From the NCBI RefSeq assembly GCF_009914755.1, contig NC_060942.1: DNA of 64,000 nucleotides. One strand, given 5' to 3'. The position numbers and the translations under genes were made by a program. The notes under the pieces are model-generated. The model saw only the letters and a list, made by a program, of their open reading frames with translations. It ran no database searches and was not told the DNA's origin. Positions 41,985 through 59,263 of the stretch are shown piece by piece (the first letter of the stretch is position 1; each line of letters begins with the position of its first letter). The DNA comes from the human T2T-CHM13v2.0 reference genome, Homo sapiens.

Positions 41985-43017
41985 AAATGATTAAATAAAA
42001 AGTGCATAATGATGTTGGGACTGAAATGTTAATTTAGTATTACTACAAGGTTTTTCTCAATACAAAAAACACTATTTAAATTTTTTTTCTAATGCCTTTC
42101 CTGCCTCTAATTATCAAATAAAAATCTTACTCATTACCTATAACTCCATAGGTAGAATAATTAAATTAGTCATATTATCTATCCTCTATAACAGGAGAAC
42201 AGACGTTTTTGTAAAAAGTATCAATAGGTAATTCAAGGTTTGAGGCAATTTCCCTTTGTTCTAGATACTATCCTCTTTTCTGATTCAAAATATTCTGTAA
42301 AGTGTAGTAACACAGTTTTTAACTAGAATATTTGAAGCACAAATTAAGATGTAAAATCTAGAACTCCTCTCCTTTGGCGGACTGAACAATCCTGTTTTCA
42401 TCAAATCTTTCTCTGCAACATTTCATACTATGCTAACTTTCAAAGCATTCCTCAGTATTCTAGTTTGTCAACTCAACACCCACTCTCCCTGTCTTCCTCG
42501 CAGTCAAGCCCAGGCTCAGCCACCTGTCCTCTGCTAATTTATGTATTTCAGGGGAAGCCTGCTGTGTCATGAGTCTAAGATGTTTTCTAATGGTGAAAAG
42601 GCAAAGTGGGGGTCTCGTTCTTGTTCCTGGAATTGATTTTGAGGTAGGTATGCAGCCAATGAAATATAAAGATGAGCCTTTTAGAGAGCTTCTGAGAAAG
42701 TTTTCCTCGTAATAGAGACAAGGTGTATACCATTTTTCTGGCTCTCATTGCAGTCATGCTTGTATCGGACGTCGTGGAATCATGCGTTAGCCAACTTTCA
42801 ATGTTGAAGGTGTTAATATAATAAAAGGCTAACTGTGATGAAGAGCATAATGACTATGAGTCATTAATGATGTCACTGAGACATTGTATTATCTTATTTG
42901 ATGCACATATATTCCTATTTTTAAAAAATTCTGAATTTTTAATTATTACAAGTACATAGTCATTGGATATATTTATGGAGTAACTTATTCTCCATAAGTT
43001 ACATTCTTGGAGTTGCA

Positions 43018-43310
43018 TTTCTCCAAGATTTATACTCTTTTTTTTCCATTTGACAAGTAAAAATTGTTTATGTTCATGGTGTACAATGTGATGTTTTGAT
43101 ACGTGACGTTTTGATATATGTGTACATTGTCAAATGGCTAAATCAAGATAATTCACGTCTTACCACATGTATCTATCATTTTCTTGCATAGTGAGAACAC
43201 TTAAAATCTACATTCTGGCAATTTTCAAGTATATTATAGGATATATTGTTATTAACTACAGCTACCATGGTGATCTCTTGAACTTATTATTCTTCCTGCC
43301 TACCTGAAAT
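43018..43310 (-). mobile_element. L1MA-type 3' end, probably inserted in an old MLT1-like LTR (about 42600-43410)
   Basis: 'ttgacaagtaaaaattg...atggtgtacaatgtgatgttttgata...gtgagaacacttaaaatctac...gcaattttcaagtat'. Confidence 0.8.
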
Positions 43311-43918
43311 TGGGCTTTTTGCTTTTTGAATAACACACGTCCTTGTAGCCCTTGCCACTTTGAGTTGAGGTTTCTTTGACTTATGAGTGGGCGAAGGCAT
43401 CAATGACTACATGTTAAAGGAACTTGGCATACGATTTAAAAGATGACTGGGAAATGCATTTGTTCCTACTACCATGGCATCAGCTGTAAGTTACAATCTT
43501 TTAAAGTTAGAAATATTTTATGAGACATTGCTCAACAACAATTCAGGACTGCAATATAAAAAGTAGCATTCTTTCTGGAAGAGATTAGTTTAGGATATTA
43601 AGACTACGTGTGCTAATATGTATGTGGGTATCTAAGTGCGTTTCTTTGTATGTCTGTGTGCCTGGATATGCAAAACCTGTAACTACAGGCTGATTGTTAG
43701 TTTAGTTATCTTCATTAAAGATTTTGTTGTTGTTGTTGTTTGCTTCTTGCTTTGTCAAACAGTTATGTGAACTGCTCTGTTGAAACTGAGAGGCTTGGAT
43801 TGCTACAATCTGATCATATGAACTATTTAGACTTATTTTACTACAGACACTATTAGAAAGTGTTAATAAATTTTGAAACAAGTTATAGATGCCTTTGCAA
43901 AGCTGTTTTTAAAATAGA

Positions 43919-44202
<284 letters not shown>

Positions 44203-45029
44203 GAAAATAGATTTTAAAAAATCTTTTTAGAAAAAAAGGAAAAAAAAACCGTAAGCAATCTCCATTTAAAAAATAGGGACATCATAGATCATTTGGAACA
44301 AGATGCTTCCTAGTAGAAATTTGTTTCTTCATCTAAATCAATAGATATATAGTTATTATTTCAATAAATACATATTTAACACCTACTGTGTAATAAAAGC
44401 CATGTTTTGCATAGCATTGCTAAAATTGGTTGTTCTCATCAAGCAGTTCCATTGATATTGACAAGATTCCCTATTCTTCCTTATTTTTCCATCAACCTTG
44501 ATGACCTGTTATCTAGACTTTTTGTTATTCATTGTATCCTTCTTACTATTAAGAATAATGCTTAATTATATTCATAATTAATACTCATTATCTCCTTCTT
44601 GATTAGAAGGTTTCAGCCTTATGTGCCTGTTTCTACAATTTTTGTGGAATATAGTTGATACTCTATTTTCTAGTTTGAAGGCTAACATTTGTCATTTTTA
44701 TAACTCATGCCAGGCAATGTAGAGAGAAATGCCAGTTCTGGGAACTGAAAATTTATTTTTGTCTTTGTATTAATAGTGATAGCACTGATAGTTTAAAAAA
44801 CAAAACTTTATGAAAAAAATGTTTTTGTAATTCCATTTGTATTAATATCACAATAATGGATGGGCCATATGACCTGCAAAAACAAACAAATAAACAATAT
44901 TCTTTTTTAAAAACAGCCTAAATTGAACTAAGATTATAAAGATTGATTGGCCAAGGTTGTTTGTGGATGAGGACATGAATTATTAGGCAGACACACGATA
45001 ACGTTGGACTTGGTAACTAGTCTTCCACT

Positions 45030-45530
45030 CTGGATCTGTCCCTCAGCCTGTTCTCTACTTAGCAACCTAAATAAACTATTACACATGTAAATCGAATCAT
45101 GGAACTCTCCTGGTTTTCCACTGCCCTTAGAGTAAGACCATCAATCTTTATAATGCATCTTAACGCCCTGTGAGTTCTTGACCTTGGTCCCTGGCTCCAT
45201 GCTGCTGGTTCCACTCTCTTCTCTCTGATCACATTCACCTATTTCTCATACACCCCAGGCTGTTCCTATCCTCTGTACCAGGAACTTGTCCTTTTGTCTC
45301 TCTGCAATACCTTTCTCCTGGCTTTGGAGAGCTGGATCTTTCTCATTCTTTGGTTTTTGGTTCAAATATTATATTCTCAGAAACGCCTTCCTTGACAATC
45401 CTCTCTAAAATAGCAACGTCCCTAATTTTACCTCCCTCATGTTATTACAATTACAATTTACAATTATTTAACTATTTGTCTGTATATTTTTTTACCGTCT
45501 ACTTCCACTGCTCCATAATCAAGAACTTCT
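45030..45530 (+). mobile_element. L2 fragment, split by Charlie3 and resuming at about 48150-48240
   Basis: L2-like 3' sequence; the downstream part reads 'agggactttgtgtctc...tatccaggacctagaacagtgcttggg'. Confidence 0.65.
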
Positions 45531-45536
45531 CTAAGG

Positions 45537-48148
45537 ATGGGTTCCCCAACCAGCTGTGGGCCACACAGCAGGAGATGAGCAGAGGCAGGACAGCAAAGGA
45601 AGCATCAACTGTATTTACAGCAGCTTCCCATGGCTCACATCACCACCTGAGCTCCTCCTCCTGTCAAGTCAGCAGCAGCATTAGATTCTCATAGGAGCTT
45701 CAACCCTATTGCGAACTGTGCATGCGAGGGATCTAGGGTGCATGCTCCTTATGAGAATCTAATGCCTGATGATCTGGGGTAGTGATGCTAGCACTGGGGA
45801 GCAGCTGGAAATACAGATGAACATTAGCAAAGAAGTTTGACTGCACAGAGACCATAATAAAGCAATCACTTCCAGATGCATATCAAAACCCTATCAGTGA
45901 GTGGCAAGTGTCACAAGCGGCATCTGGTGACAGGCTTTGTAGTGGCAAGTGAGTTAATGTACTTCAGTTGTACAGCTGCATGTGGTGGCAGGCTTTAAGT
46001 CAAAATCCGCCACTTATTTTAGTCCGCATGTGGCACACCCATTATTTTATTTACTTCCATCAATGCGTCTTTCCCACACTGCACACTTGTCTCAGTCACA
46101 GTTTTGGTAAGCCCACAAGCTAAGCCTAGCCAAAATGAGTAAAAATCAAATGTCATCGGAGAGCTTCTTTGAAAAGGGTTAAAGACCCAATGATGAGACA
46201 GCAGAAGACCCTAAGATTGCCAACAAAAAGAAAGCTGCATTTAAAGAGAATACCAAGAGTCCTACTTAAATTACAGGTTCATTGCAACAGATAGTTCACA
46301 TTCTCCAAGACCACTCTGTACAATGTGTGGTGACCAGTTATCCAAGGAAGCCATGAAACCAACAAAACTGCTTTGCCACATAGTGACCAAGCACCCTGCA
46401 TTAAAAGACACAACTTCAGCGTTATTTAAAAGAAAACAAAAACATAATGAACAGAAGCAATTGTTGAAAACCATCACTTCATCAAATGTGTCTGCACTGA
46501 GAGCATCATTCTTAGTGGCTAACTTCATTGCTAAAGCTAAGAAGCCCTTTATTATTGGTGAAAAGTTGATCCTGCCTGCTGCTAAGGATATCTGTCATGA
46601 ACTTTTAGGAGAGGCTGCAGTTCAAAACACAGCTACTTTCAGCTAGCACCATAACTAGATGAACTGATGAAATGGCAGAAGATACTGATGCACAATTGTT
46701 AGGATTAATGAGTCACCATGGTATGCAATCTGGGATGACGAGTCTACCAGTACTGACAACGAGTCAACAATATCTGTTTCTGTATGGTGTATTTTTCAAG
46801 ATGATGTGCATGAGGATACGTTATGTGCACTTTTATTGCCAACCAACATCACAGCTAGAGAACTGTTCAAGTCTTTGAATGATTACATATCAGGAAAACT
46901 GAATTAGTCATTTTGTGTCTGTATATGCATGAATGGAGTGGCTGCCATGACTGGACGGCTTTCTTGTTTCCCTACCTTGGTCAAAGGTAGGGAATGTGAG
47001 TCTATGCACTGTGTCAGCCATACAGAAATGCTGTGCTGGCTAGCCAAAAAATGTCATGTGTACTTAGCATTTTTCAGGATGTGATTAAAACTATCAACCA
47101 CATTAAAGTACATGCCCTTAACTCACATCTGCTTGCGCAGCTCTGAGGAGTTGGATGCTGAACACACATGTCTTCTCTTACACACAGAAGTGAGATGGCT
47201 TTCCCAATGTAGATCACTGGCCAGAGTTTTTTAGTTAAGAGAGCCACTCCAGAGATTTCTTGTAGACAAATAGTCTCCCTGGCAACACATTTCAGTAACA
47301 CAGATTCAGTTACAAAACTTGCTTACTTGTGCGACACATTCAACCTGCTCAACAAACTCAATCTGTCACTTCAGGGGAGAACAAAAACTGTGTTCAAGTC
47401 AGCAAATAAAGTGACTGCATTCAAAGCCAAACTGGAATTATGGGAGTGAACAACGGAATTTCTGACATCTTTCAAACATTAGCAGAGATTTTGAGAGAGA
47501 TGGAGCCAGGGCCTTCTTTCTCACAGCTGGTGCATGAGCACCCATCTCAGCTTTCAGAAGAGCTTGAGTGTTACTTCCTAACCAAAGAAGGCCCCGGAAC
47601 TGGGAAGGAATGGATCTGTGACCCATTTGTGAATAAGCCAGGTGAATGGACTTTAGCCATGCTAGAAGAGGATCAAATGCCTGATATTGCAAATGATGGT
47701 GACTTTAAACGTGTGTTTGAGACAACTTCAAATCTCCATACGTGCTGGATTAAAGTCAAGGCAGAATATCCTGAGATTGCCACAGAATGCACTGAAAAGC
47801 CTGCTTCCACTTCCTACATCCTATCTTTGTGAAGCAGGGTTTTCTGCAGTGACAGTAACCGAAATGAGATCAGAGAGTAGACTGGACATAAGCAACACAC
47901 TTCTGATGCCACTATCTCCCATAACCCCTAGATGAGACCGTCTAGTTGCAGAAAACAGGCTCAGGGCTCCCAGTGATTCTACATTATGGTGAGTTGTATA
48001 ATTATCTCATTATATATTACTATGTAATAATGATAGAAATAAAGTGCACAATAAATGTAATGCACTTGAATCATCTGGAAACCATCCCCCACCCCAGCAC
48101 ATGGAAAAATTGTCTTCCACAAAACCGGTCCCTGGTGCTAAAAATGTG
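45537..48148 (+). mobile_element. Near full-length hAT DNA transposon, Charlie3-like (parent of MER1A/B), about 2.6 kb
   Basis: MER1-like ends ('gcattagattctcataggagc...gagggatctagg' and 'gaaaaattgtcttccacaaaaccggtccctggtgc'), internal transposase relic, TSD-like ctctaagg / ctataagg. Confidence 0.85.
46135..47975 (+). pseudogene. Decayed Charlie/Buster-type hAT transposase (related to ZBED5/ZBED8/SCAND3 domains)
   Basis: BED-finger-like PLCTMCGDQLSKEAMKPTKLLCHIVTKHP, AKAKKPFIIGEKLILPAA, HTEVRWLS and C-terminal PTSYLCEAGFS motifs spread over several frames with stops. Confidence 0.88.
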
Positions 48149-48389
48149 CTATAAGGGACTTTGTGTCTCTTGACCCTCTCTATCCAGGACCTAGAACAGT
48201 GCTTGGGCATAATAGGTGATCATACTCAGTACTGAATTTAACATGTCTCTTCCTATAAATAATACAGTTACTTTACCCCAACTTGATTTTATTATATGTT
48301 GATATAATTGCAAGGCTTATACTTAACACTTGTCCAATCCACAGGTTCTCACAGTAAATGTATCACATTAGACACTCTATTAGAGAGCA

Positions 48390-48770
48390 GCCTCATGTTT
48401 AACAAACCTGTCTTTCTTTTTCTTTCTAGGCTCACATCTAGACTATGTTTCCCAGCCTCCCTTGCAATTGTATGTGGCCATGGAAGTGAACTCTGGCAAA
48501 TAAATGCAGACAAAAGTTAATTTTTACTCGCAGGCTGGGTGCTTACAATCTTCTTTAAAAAATTCCTACAGACTCTGTCTTTCTTCCATGGTCTACCTCA
48601 AAAGCCATGCATTGGAAATGCGAAACTCCATCAGCTTCATTTTATAAATGAGTACGTGGAGTATAGACAGCATTTTCCTTGACTCTGATTAGACTCTTTC
48701 TTCCTCAGTAAATAATATACTCCAATTATGTGAAATTACTAAAGTTTTTTAAATGTTATTGCAACTATTA
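48390..48770 (+). mobile_element. Old MaLR LTR (MLT1I/J-like)
   Basis: 'ctagactatgtttcccagcctcccttgcaattgtatgtggccatggaagtgaactctggcaaat'. Confidence 0.7.
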
Positions 48771-48779
48771 TTCTATGAG

Positions 48780-51710
<2,931 letters not shown>

Positions 51711-52889
51711 CCCCGACCAACCTTATCTTTGTATCATGGGTACCTTCTTCTAAAAGAACTCTAAATTACAATTTAATAGCTCAGGCTTGCACGATGTATT
51801 TATTTCATAATCCAATGAAATTTCACACTGCTAGCCACATTGCAGATGAACTTTCTGGAAACTACTGTTAACTGATTAGATTATAACTGAATCATATCAG
51901 AGGCCTCCTCATTTTATAAATGAAAGAAATAGGGAATTGACAACTTTAGAAAAATACAACTTGTTTTGATCTAAGACCTAAACAGCTTCAGTGCTGTCTC
52001 TAGAACATTGAACCAATCATTCCATATTTCTGAGTCTTATTTTCCTTAACTGAAATAAGAATGTTGTTGGTTTAGGTTTTTACAACTCATGTATGCCATT
52101 ATATCACAGAATACAGTGGTATTCCCAGAACAGGTCATGAGCACACGTCACTTCCTGACCAGGTGACACAACTATGTTTACAAACCTTCTGATTATAAAA
52201 ATCAGCTTTAATACTGTGATATTTTCAACGCACAGCTCGACTACCTAACAGGATAGTCTTAGAAAACAATAGTTTTCCCCAAATTTCCACAATCTCAGAC
52301 ATCCTGAATTATGTCATTCATCCTTAATATTCTCCTTTTTACTGACAAGTAGACACTGAAAGTGGCATCAAATAAAATCTTTACTAATTTCCTAAGTTAC
52401 CTAACAATCTCTATTATTTGCATTGGCTTTGAATAACTGGCCAGAATTTTTAAATTGTCTTGACTGTTACATTTTTATCAAATAAATGATAAGTAAAATG
52501 TGGAAAAACTAAAGCCATGTTACAGTGTTGTTCATAAACCTCAAAAATTTAATGAGCTAACATGCAGCACCAATATTTAACTGCAAACCATTTATTAATT
52601 GGCCATAGAAAAATGAATCCAGTATTTTGATAGAAATTAGTATTTATGTTACAAAAGAGAATGCAGACTTTAGAATCAATTTGTATTTTTAAGCACTCCA
52701 CTATAATCTTCAAGAATTTTCCTATAATACAAACTAAAATACAAATGAATCAAATTTTTATGAGACAGAGTTCTCAAATATTCTACACAAATGAAAAGAA
52801 TACAAGTTTGAAATATATCTACGTGACTAAAAGGGTTTTTTCTGGTTTCTCATTTTAATTCTTATTTTCATTTAGTTAGATCCACGAAA

Positions 52890-53125
52890 ATAGCTAATAC
52901 CATTGCAATAATTAATATGTACCAGATATTATTTTAATTACTTTAAATATAGTAAGTCCTTTATTCCTTAACACTGTATGATGTAGATAACAGTGCTATG
53001 CTTGTTTTATAGCTGAGGAAAACAGGCAGCACAGAGAGATTAAGTAACTAGCCTAAGAATACAGTTGTAAATGGTAGGACTTGAAATCAGAATTAGGCAG
53101 TCGACCTCCAGATTTCCATATTGTC
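52890..53125 (-). mobile_element. MIR
   Basis: 'ttttatagctgaggaaaacaggcagcacagagagattaagtaactagcctaag...gtaaatggtagg'. Confidence 0.75.
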
Positions 53126-53852
53126 ACATTCTATTTGAATTCATTACAGACTTGTAAATGCTAAGAATGTCATCTGGTCTACTGGGCCTGTCTGGACTCT
53201 CCATGTGGCTGTTCTTCCTTCTCTCTTGATTTGGGAGTGACGTAACCTAAAGCAATTTTATATATAAAACAGATAAAATACAATTTTTTTTTGGCAGGGG
53301 AAAAATATGTTTGAGTATGATGTTGGAGCTATGGTTAAAAACACAAATATGTTCAAAATGTTTCAAAAATGAATTTCAGAGATCAAGATCCACGTAAGTA
53401 AATCTTTTTCATTTGTCCTACAGAGGAATAAATTAGAGCTGTGTGTTGAAAGCTAATGATGAGGTGTACTAAATGCTGCCCCAGGAAACAAGTATTTGTG
53501 TAGGCTTCGTGGGGGGTGGGTTGGTAGACGACATTACCTACGACGTCCTTTTCACCCTGAAGCCCAGTAATTCTGTGATTAGTTCTTCCAAGCATATGAT
53601 CATATTTGGGTTCAAGCAAGTTGATCAAATTTACAAACCCTACAGTTAACATTCAATGACCAATCACTTTATTTTAGGTTTACTGATGGATTGGGTGTGG
53701 GAAGTGAAGGAGAAAACAATCAGGGACAATGTTTAGTTTTCTCATTAACATCAACAAAGACTCCATGAGCTAGGAAGTTATTCAACTTCCCACTCTCAAC
53801 CTATAAACTCATCCAGATCCACTGTCATTACTGCCTATCTACCAACACTTTC

Positions 53853-54053
53853 TCTCTCTAAATCTAATTCTCCACCTACCGTATGGATTTTCTAATCACT
53901 CCTATACATAGTAGTTGGCATATCAATTATCTTCCTCCAATTCTGAAAAATTAATCTCTCTAAATCGAATTCTCTACCTATCTTCTGGATTTTCTCATCA
54001 CCCCTATTCATAGTAGTGAGCACATCAATTATCTTCCTAAAATTTTTAAACTA
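53853..54053. repeat. Diverged tandem duplication, period 102 bp
   Basis: Copies start at 53853 and 53955; both contain tctctctaaatc..aattctc...tggattttct.atcac.cctat.catagtagt...tcaattatcttcct. Confidence 0.9.
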
Positions 54054-55156
54054 CCTTCTATTATCTACAACCTTTCAGACAATAAATCTGCTCAAGTCCC
54101 TTCTTAGCTAATAACACAACGCAAACTCCTCCTTCACCTTGCTTCCCACTGTCCACTCACTCTTCCTTGTTCTCATTCAATTCCCAGATGACTGACTTCC
54201 ATTTCTTAGACCTGCGATCCATAATCAATCTTCACATCCAATCTCCTACTCACTTTTGAAAGTCCCATCATGTTTGTGTACACATCTTTACTGAAACAAT
54301 GTCTAATTTGAAACTAACCACACCCTTCAATGGGGACATTCTTATTTCCATCCTTCCATACTTGTCTGCAACAGGTGTTGGACCCCTTGTTTTTTACTCA
54401 AGGTTGAAAACCAGAGTGTTTGTAGTTTTTGAAATCATTTGAACAAACTTTAAGTGCCATTTTAAATATCAATGGCAGAAAAATCTTAACAGCAGAGTAA
54501 AGAATAGCTTGCATAATCATATTGTTTTAATACTCTGAGTTAATTCACTCGTCTAGAAGCAGCATTGCTCTAGTATAAAATTCATATCACCATGTTTTAA
54601 ACTTCTTTTAAAGGTATACTCTTTTCTCTAAGTATGGGGTTGACAATTATAGCTTCTCTTTTTGAGTCTGTCTACCTAATGGTTTTCATGTGGGCACAGA
54701 GTATATATAACCTGACTTTCTTTTCTAGTTTAACATAAATTTTATTCATATATAAATTTAAGAAACCAAAACTTACAAGATTTACAGGAAGAAAATTTTC
54801 AAGCCCTTTAAAATATTATTGATATGTGCTGGGCTTGTAAAGCTTTTTTGTTCCCTTATTTTATTTATTTAGCTGTAATTTGAAGTTTCCTCATGGTGCG
54901 TGTATTCACATTTTTAAACAAATTGAGAAAACGTAACTCTTATAACACGAGTACACAGAAGTTGGATTTTGTTTGTGTTCACATTAAGTAGGCTTTTACA
55001 ATGTTTACTTCTGATAGATAGTAACAAGGCAATACTACTGTTCTACAGAGAAAATATGCATTTACTAAACATAATCATAGAAAGATGTGGGGGATAGAGT
55101 GAAGAAGAAATCATCAGACGATCAAAAATGGGCAGAAACAGAACAATGAAGACAAG

Positions 55157-55157
<1 letters not shown>

Positions 55158-55186
<29 letters not shown>
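55158..55186. repeat. (CA)n microsatellite
   Basis: Seen directly. Confidence 0.95.
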
Positions 55187-55189
<3 letters not shown>

Positions 55190-55851
55190 CTATACTGTCC
55201 AAATGCTGGAGTTTGCACATTTGAATTAGCTGTCATAGAATAAGTTTTGTTGTTCTTGTTGTTGTTGTATGTTGCTGTTGCTGTTGTTGTTTCTGTCCAA
55301 GGGCAACCAGGGACGCTCTTGATTGGTTATTAGCAATATCCCTGCCCCTTAATTCTCTCAGAATGCTGTTATTTGCTCATCCTAAGTCACACAAAGAATA
55401 CATGAGCCCATCTCCTGAGCCATCTTTTTCACTAGAACTGGTTTAATAGGGCATTTCTTGTTGGCAGAAATGTGGTGCCAGTGCTATTAGTGAATAAAAC
55501 GCCTCCATTATTATCCTCTTTTCTCAATTATGCCACATTCACTGTTTTCCCACTATCAATTCCAGCTTATTGATAAGCACAGAAACCACTGGCAATTAAT
55601 CAGGAGGAGGGAGAAACAGCAGGCTACAGAAGGTTCTGGAGCTGATGCCAAGGCAGGTGATATTAGACTGGGGCTGAGCTTTTATGCCCAGAAAAGTGAG
55701 AAGACATAACTTCTCCTAAGAACTACATGAGTGTCTAGGAATAACGAAGTGCAGTCTTTGGGACCCAGGCTTACAAGCGTGACATAGGTTGCAGAGGAGG
55801 AAAATGCTGTCTCTGCTACACACAGGTTGGAAGCAGTGGTGGCACTGCAGA

Positions 55852-55853
<2 letters not shown>

Positions 55854-55898
<45 letters not shown>

Positions 55899-55910
55899 AG
55901 TGTGTGTGTG
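55854..55910. repeat. (TG)n microsatellite, interrupted once
   Basis: Seen directly. Confidence 0.95.
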
Positions 55911-58900
55911 GTGAGGAGATGGCATTAATCTCACGTTGTCCTCTTCCATCCCAATTATGCCACTGTAAACTAAATAAATGGTGTCAATGAAAATCAAGAA
56001 GCAAAATATTTTACAAGAAAAGTTATGCTTTCTCAAAATTATTTAAAGATGTACGTTTAAGCATCATGGCAAAGCCTTGTGTGTTACAGCCACATAAATA
56101 AGTTAAGGACACAATAAAGCTGTACAAGCCATGCTAACGGAGCTTCAAGACAAGACCTTTTGTGCTCCCAGTGAATTTGATGAATATTAGACCCTTCTAA
56201 ATAGAGCTGGAGCAGCCTCTTGCTGGAAACTTTAGCAGTGTTCTCTGTTGGTGCCCTTGGCAAGGACACTGGAGTTTTCATGCCAGGCAGCAGTGGGACA
56301 CATGGCAAGTGGAGGATCCATCATGGGACCAAGAGAGCAAATGCAGAATGCCAAGTGGTGCCTTGCCAGGAGCCTGGCACGGGTGCATGCATGAGGCACC
56401 TCTTGGTCAATCCTGGAGAAGCTGTTTGCACTGCATGAATTTCTGTCAGTCTGGAAAAGAGGTAAAGTTATCATATTCTGTAAAAGTAAATGTGTCCTTT
56501 TAAGTTATGATTCTCATTCCTTTACCAAGGGCAGAATCTGTAAGTTCTAGCCATCACTCTGCTCGTCACATCTAGAAAACTCAGCCACCCACTTTTTATA
56601 AAAGCCACACATAAGGCATATACTGACGCAGATAGGTAGAAATTAAAAAGGCAAAAAAATATATGCCAGACAAGCAATAAATAAATGATAAAAAGCTTTT
56701 GTAATGATATTATGTTAAACAAAACAGACTCAAAACCCAAATGAAAATAATCAAAAGTATGTCAAATACTTAATTTCTTAAAAAGCCACCGACGAGGAAA
56801 ATTTAATATGCTGAACCTGTATGTAACTAACACTTATTGACAGAATTCTACCTTCTAAGGCATCAATTGCCTCGCTTCTAAGAGACTGGGGTAAAAAATA
56901 TCAACCAGGCTTGGTACAAAGCAGTAGTATTTGCATGTATCAACTAGTTAATAGAGTGGATATGGATTTGCTAAAGTATAAAATGTTATGTAAAAATAAA
57001 TTATCCCATGCATGTACAATTCAGATTTCGAACCTCTTCGATACATGAATAAAAATTATCTTAATTCAAAGAATATCTCAAATATGATTACTGCTCTATA
57101 AAATTTATTTACAAATCAAATACTGTTGTTGTAGCCTCATTGGCTATTCTGCACACTGCACTTATTTTTATTAGATAGCATTTAATGTTGAGATGAAAGA
57201 GAAGTTAACTGTATGTCTTCAAATGCCTGAGATCAGTAGGAAAATACCCTCAGAAAATTTCCTAACATAGTTTTTTCTGCATACTGCAAATATCAAAGTG
57301 ATGATAGATACTTGCTACATGCCAAGATAGCCACTTTTCCTTTAATATATAGCATCATATGCTAGGTGCGCAAGTCCCTTTTACGTCTATTTAGCTCGAA
57401 AATAATACCTTCAGTGTAAATAATGGTAAAACCAAGCTAATCTAAATATGTATGAAACTTTTTCTAAAAAAATAAAACATTGTGTCTAATGTCACTGTTT
57501 GCAATTTAAGAGGTCATCTCCTGGAAGTGTACAACTATCTGAGAGCTTAAAGGATTTATTTGCATTCTACAATATCAAGTAATCTTGGTCCATTTTAAAT
57601 ACAGACTAAGTACATGATTACCAAAATATTCAAATCTTCCCATCTCTATTTCTTGTATTTGTCTCCTTTGTACTTATTTTCCCAATTATTACAGTAATTT
57701 AGGCTTGAACGGGCATCTGAAACCAGTAATTTTAATGGGGACTCTACTCGAAAATGGAAGTAATCATGTCAGGTGGCTAGTTTGGGACCACATTCTGCCT
57801 CTGAAAGAATTATCTCTAGAAAGCATAGTCTCCATCTTGGGGAATGTGAAGAATGATTATTCCTGGACCTCCAGACCTAACTGCCAGGGTGCATTTGGCA
57901 TGCAAACGTATCATCTCTTAAGGACTGTAAGAATGGAGACCACTTACAGCCCATATCAAATACAACTGGAAATAGTGCTAAAATGGAAGTCTTAGAATTT
58001 TTAACAGTGTTATACCACTTCTTTCCACTGGCATTTAGAAAATCTGTAATTTTGAAAAGGCACTGCATTACAAAAGCACTCTGAAATGGTGCACTTGCTC
58101 CTACAATTCTGCTTAAGACACAGCTGTTTATGAGATACCTGCTCAATCTGTAGTTCCTCGCTCGTTTTTCTGTCATTCAAGAACAAGAGCATGGAAGGTG
58201 ATTTCATTAAGAGGTGAGAAAAATAATCCGAGGCTTTCCCAGAGTAATGGTCTGCAGCAACATAAATCAATATCATATTTTTTAGGTTCGGTGATGTTAG
58301 AAGGAAAGAATGGGTTTCTCTTATTTAGTTAGAGAGGAAGATTTATGGGATGCCTTCTGCTTTACTGCTTTTAGACTTTTCATTTTGTTCTATCATTAAC
58401 CTGAGCTGGAAACTGCAAAAACAAAATAAATGTGACTACTTCCTCACACTTTCCCTTCATCAGAAAGATACCAAGAGCTTGCAATTATTCTTTGTAAAAT
58501 CTCTACTACCTCCTTCCCTTTCCATATCCGCCATGGTGTTCTTTGTCACGGCCTTCCTCACCCTCAGGCTTCACAGTACTCACCGTCTCCATGCCTTTGC
58601 CCCTCCATCCTACAGTCTTTGGCACTCACTTTTCTGACGTCCAGATCTGAGTATCTCACTCTGTGCCCACTCACCCTAACGGCACCACCTGTTCTGTAAC
58701 GTGAAACCCATGACTCATCTCTGCACTCTCATTCTACCAATGATTCTCTTTATTGTCTTTACGGTTCCATTTTACACAGACAGCCTCCTCTCAACTCAGA
58801 AACTCTCCAGCTTCCATATTCCAAAAGAAACTCCCATCAGCTATGGCTTTCTTCTGGATGTTTTGGAATACAAACTACCTTTCATTGATCTCAATAATTT

Positions 58901-58963
58901 CAATGAGTGACATTGCTACAAATTAAATGATTAAAAATTTTTACAGACTATTTCAAAAAGTAG

Positions 58964-59263
58964 GGCCAGGTGGGGTGGCTCGTGCTTGTCATCCCACCTC
59001 TCTGGGAGACCAGAAAAGGAGGATCTTTTGAGATCAGGAGTTTGAGACCAGCCTAAGCAACACAGTGAGACCCACATCTCTACAAAATAAAGTAAAACGA
59101 GCCGGGTGTGGTGGCATGTGCCCGTAGTCCCAGCTACTTGGGAAGCTAAGGCAGGAGGATGGTTTGAAGCCAACTGTTCGAGGCTGCAGAAAGCTGTGAT
59201 CGTACCACCTTAATCCAGCCTGGGTGACAGAGTGAGACCCTGTCTGAAAGAAAGAAAAAAAAA
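58964..59263 (+). mobile_element. AluJ-like element
   Basis: J diagnostics (ggaggatc, gcaacacagtgagacc, aggctgcag..agctgtgatcg), high divergence, TSD-like aaaaagta. Confidence 0.92.

Noticed and set aside
42973-43002. Overlapping 8-9 bp inverted repeats
   Set aside because: Arms are too short in AT-rich, repeat-derived sequence to interpret.
46135-47975. New domesticated ZBED/Buster-like gene
   Set aside because: Multiple stops and frameshifts; transposon ends and a TSD-like flank are still present.
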